Source of the DNA: Squalus acanthias | Lineage: Eukaryota | Assembly: GCA_030390025.1 (NCBI GenBank) | Contig: CM059432.1 | Location: 63,800,001 to 63,864,000, forward strand | Length of the DNA: 64,000 nucleotides | Direction of reading: 5' to 3' | In this document: piece by piece, positions 61,713 to 64,000 of the stretch | Layout of the letters: each line of letters opens with the position of its first letter | How positions within the stretch are numbered: position 1 is the first letter of the stretch | The notes under the pieces: generated by a model | The model's input: only the letters and a program-made list of their open reading frames with translations | The model's database searches: none | Told to the model about the DNA's origin: nothing | Translations under genes and position numbers: made by a program

Positions 61713-62355
61713 CATGAGAAGGTTGTTCATAACTGAAGGCAGCAGGGGCTACCAGCAGGGAGACAGCCGCGCCTGCATGATCTCATGCCTTGGAGGAGAT
61801 GGTACTCGAGATTATTGGAGCCCGTGGCCAGCGGCGGAGCTGAAACAATCGAAGCTGACAGTATCCTCATACCTAATCCCCCTTCTTACATCCAACTTCC
61901 CCCTCATTCCACAATTTCTTCTGATTTACAAGCTGCAGATGGTGTAAGCATGCACCTCTTACTCCCCCCCCCCCCCCACCCTTCCCCTCACTGCAACCCT
62001 ACTCTTGTGCCTTTCTGCTTTCAGATAGCCAAGAACTGCAACCTGGCCAGGCAGTGGTGGAGGAGCAGGAATTGGAGGAAGAAGAAGGCAGTGATGGTGA
62101 AGACATAGCACCATCACTCGATTTCACACTCGCAGCCACCAGCTCAGATACTGACACTCCATGTACTTTAGAGGATAGTTTAGATGTGGGATATGCATGT
62201 GGTGAAACACTGGGAATGAGTGGCCTGCAGTCAGGGCAGGAGACAAGGGTAGCGCAGGTGCCAGCTCGCCGGAGGGCGAGGTCACACACGAGTTCTGCTG
62301 CAGAGGACTCAGATGAGGACTTTGATGGGGCAGCCTATAGAAGAAAGCTGATGGG

Positions 62356-62491
62356 CAATATTCCCTCTAATTTTGTTTGGCCCTGCGCGGCCCCTTTAAG
62401 CCTTGGTGCAGGAGATGGACAGGAGGAGAGAGGTCCTCTATCCACAGGGGGCCAGGACACTGCGGGGCCGCGCAGCTTACAGAAAACATTG
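62356..62491. mobile_element. 136-bp hAT-type MITE with captured Harbinger fragment
   Basis: Imperfect TIR CAATATTCCCTCTAA / TTACAGAAAACATTG, 8-bp TSD CTGATGGG (62348-55, 62492-99), inner IR CTGCGCGGCCCC / GGGGCCGCGCAG. Confidence 0.85.
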
Positions 62492-63424
62492 CTGATGGGT
62501 ATGCACAATGAAATGCTTGGTGTATTGCCGGGCCTGTCAAATGCCTGCGTGCAATGTCAAGGAGCATGGAGGAGTTCGGCACCAACCTTGCACAGGGCTT
62601 TATGCAGAGCTTGGAGCCTGTCCTTTCCAGCATGGAAGTGATGGCCAACTCCATTACCGCACTTGTGGACCCAACCATGATGCAGCGTCTGATGGCCAAT
62701 GTCTCAGCTTCCATTGCAACACAAGCAGAAGCCACCCAACGTCTGGGTGCTGCAGTAGAAACTCAGACTTCGGTCATGCAAGTTCAGCTTGTTGCCACAC
62801 CAGCAAAGTTTGCTGCAACGCAAGCTCAGGTTGCTGCCATCGTTGCTACAGTTACTAGTGTTGAAAGGAGCTTGCAGGGTGTAACAGCAGTCCAGTAATC
62901 TGTCCTCCAACAGATTACTAGGAATGCTGAGGCACCACCCCGGGGAGTGGCAGTGGCCCCGTGGAGCATGACCCTGCTGTCCTCTCTGAGGATGACAACA
63001 TTCCTACTGTCACCACTGCCACTCCGTCAGTGCACTTACTGTTGCCTGTCAGTCAGCCAGTCTGGACTGCTGCCGCCCATGCTGAGATGGTGCAGTCCGA
63101 AGCCAGTCCAGAGCTGCTCGAGATCATCTACCAAGGCAATCTGCAGTCTCACCCACTGAAAGTCACCAGCCCTCCACCAGCCATGCTGCAGTCACTGGGG
63201 TAGCACTGCGAAGGAGCACTAGGACAGGCAAAGGCACACTGAAGACAGGCACTATGGGAATGTGCAAGGGTGATTAGTTGACTTTGGTATGTAATACTGG
63301 ATGGTTTGATCTATAAATTTGGGTTGGAATGTTTGTTTTCTGGTGGCTTTTATTGTAGCATTGTGGCCAAGAGGGTGCTGTGATGGTCAGTAACAGAGGA
63401 AGGTAAGGAATGGTGAATTGGGTT

Positions 63425-64000
63425 TATGTTCACTGGTACTGTAGTCAGATGAGTCGATCCTGGACAGGCCGGCCAGAAAGGGGTTATGTTGGTTGCCTCC
63501 TCCCTTCCTCTTCCTCCTCCTCCTCCTCAGCTCTTCACCGTATACCTGGTGGCAAGTGCTGTGCCCTAATGATGGCGAGGTTGTGCAGCATGCAGCGGAC
63601 CACGAAAAATCTTGAGACGCGCGTTGGTGAGTACTGCAGGCCTCCTCCAGAGCGGTCCAGGCAGCGGAAGCATTATTTAAGTACCCCAATTGTCTGCGCA
63701 ATCACTTTCCATGTGGCAGCATGGCGTTCATTATATGCATGCTGCCCACGGGTGCTTGTGTTGTGCACCAGAGTCATGAACCAGGTTATCAGAGGATAGC
63801 CCTTGTCGCCCAGTAGCCACCCTCTAGTTTGTCATGGTAGCTCAAATGCGATGGTACAGCGGACTGCCACAGAATGAAGGCATCATGACTGCTGTCAGGA
63901 TATCGAGCGTTGACCTGCATGATTCGCTAAGTATGGTGGCACACCAGCTGGACAGTGAGGAAGTGGAATCCCTTTCGGTTCCAGTACATCTCAGAATTCA
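63425..64000 (-). pseudogene. Harbinger DDE transposase C-terminal half
   Basis: [45 protein letters not shown] on the minus strand. Confidence 0.88.

Larger units (their letters stand above)
59904..63273 (+). pseudogene. Harbinger Myb/SANT-like gene (interrupted)
   Basis: RFSDTALEVLVQEVDRKREVLYP, WMQGRKKFNDLT, acidic and coiled-coil-like exon (ORFs 62054.., 62554..). Confidence 0.82.
59552..64000. mobile_element. Two-gene Harbinger (runs off window), interrupted by a CR1 and a hAT MITE
   Basis: Terminus GGCCTAGAAATTGG, Myb gene on +, transposase 3' part on -. Confidence 0.88.

Overview
Eukaryotic (vertebrate) genomic DNA made almost entirely of nested transposable elements. I recognised no host protein-coding exon, true tRNA/rRNA gene or CRISPR array. 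The repeat repertoire points to a cartilaginous fish, probably a shark (inference): CR1 LINEs with HE1/HER1-type 3' ends, SacSINE1/DeuSINE-like fragments, Penelope elements and many PIF/Harbinger elements. Contents: (1) one near full-length CR1 and several 5'-truncated copies; (2) four copies of a second APE-RT LINE family, whose two full-length copies start with a tRNA-Ser-like Pol III head and show no ORF1; (3) five large decayed Harbinger transposons (HARBI1-like transposase convergent with a 3-exon Myb/SANT gene; one copy retains only the Myb side) plus about nine Harbinger-type MITEs or derivatives; (4) three solo LTRs with 4-bp TSDs; (5) Penelope elements with minimal hammerhead ribozymes, including a 924-bp zero-spacer palindrome; (6) a 136-bp hAT MITE carrying a copy of part of the Harbinger it sits in. 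The most intriguing signal is a ~760-bp Harbinger-TIR MITE family (3 copies) whose interior is a chain of hairpins with compensatory base changes plus conserved splice-site clusters, suggesting a conserved folded RNA or ssDNA. All coordinates were read by eye. Boundaries of decayed elements are approximate.
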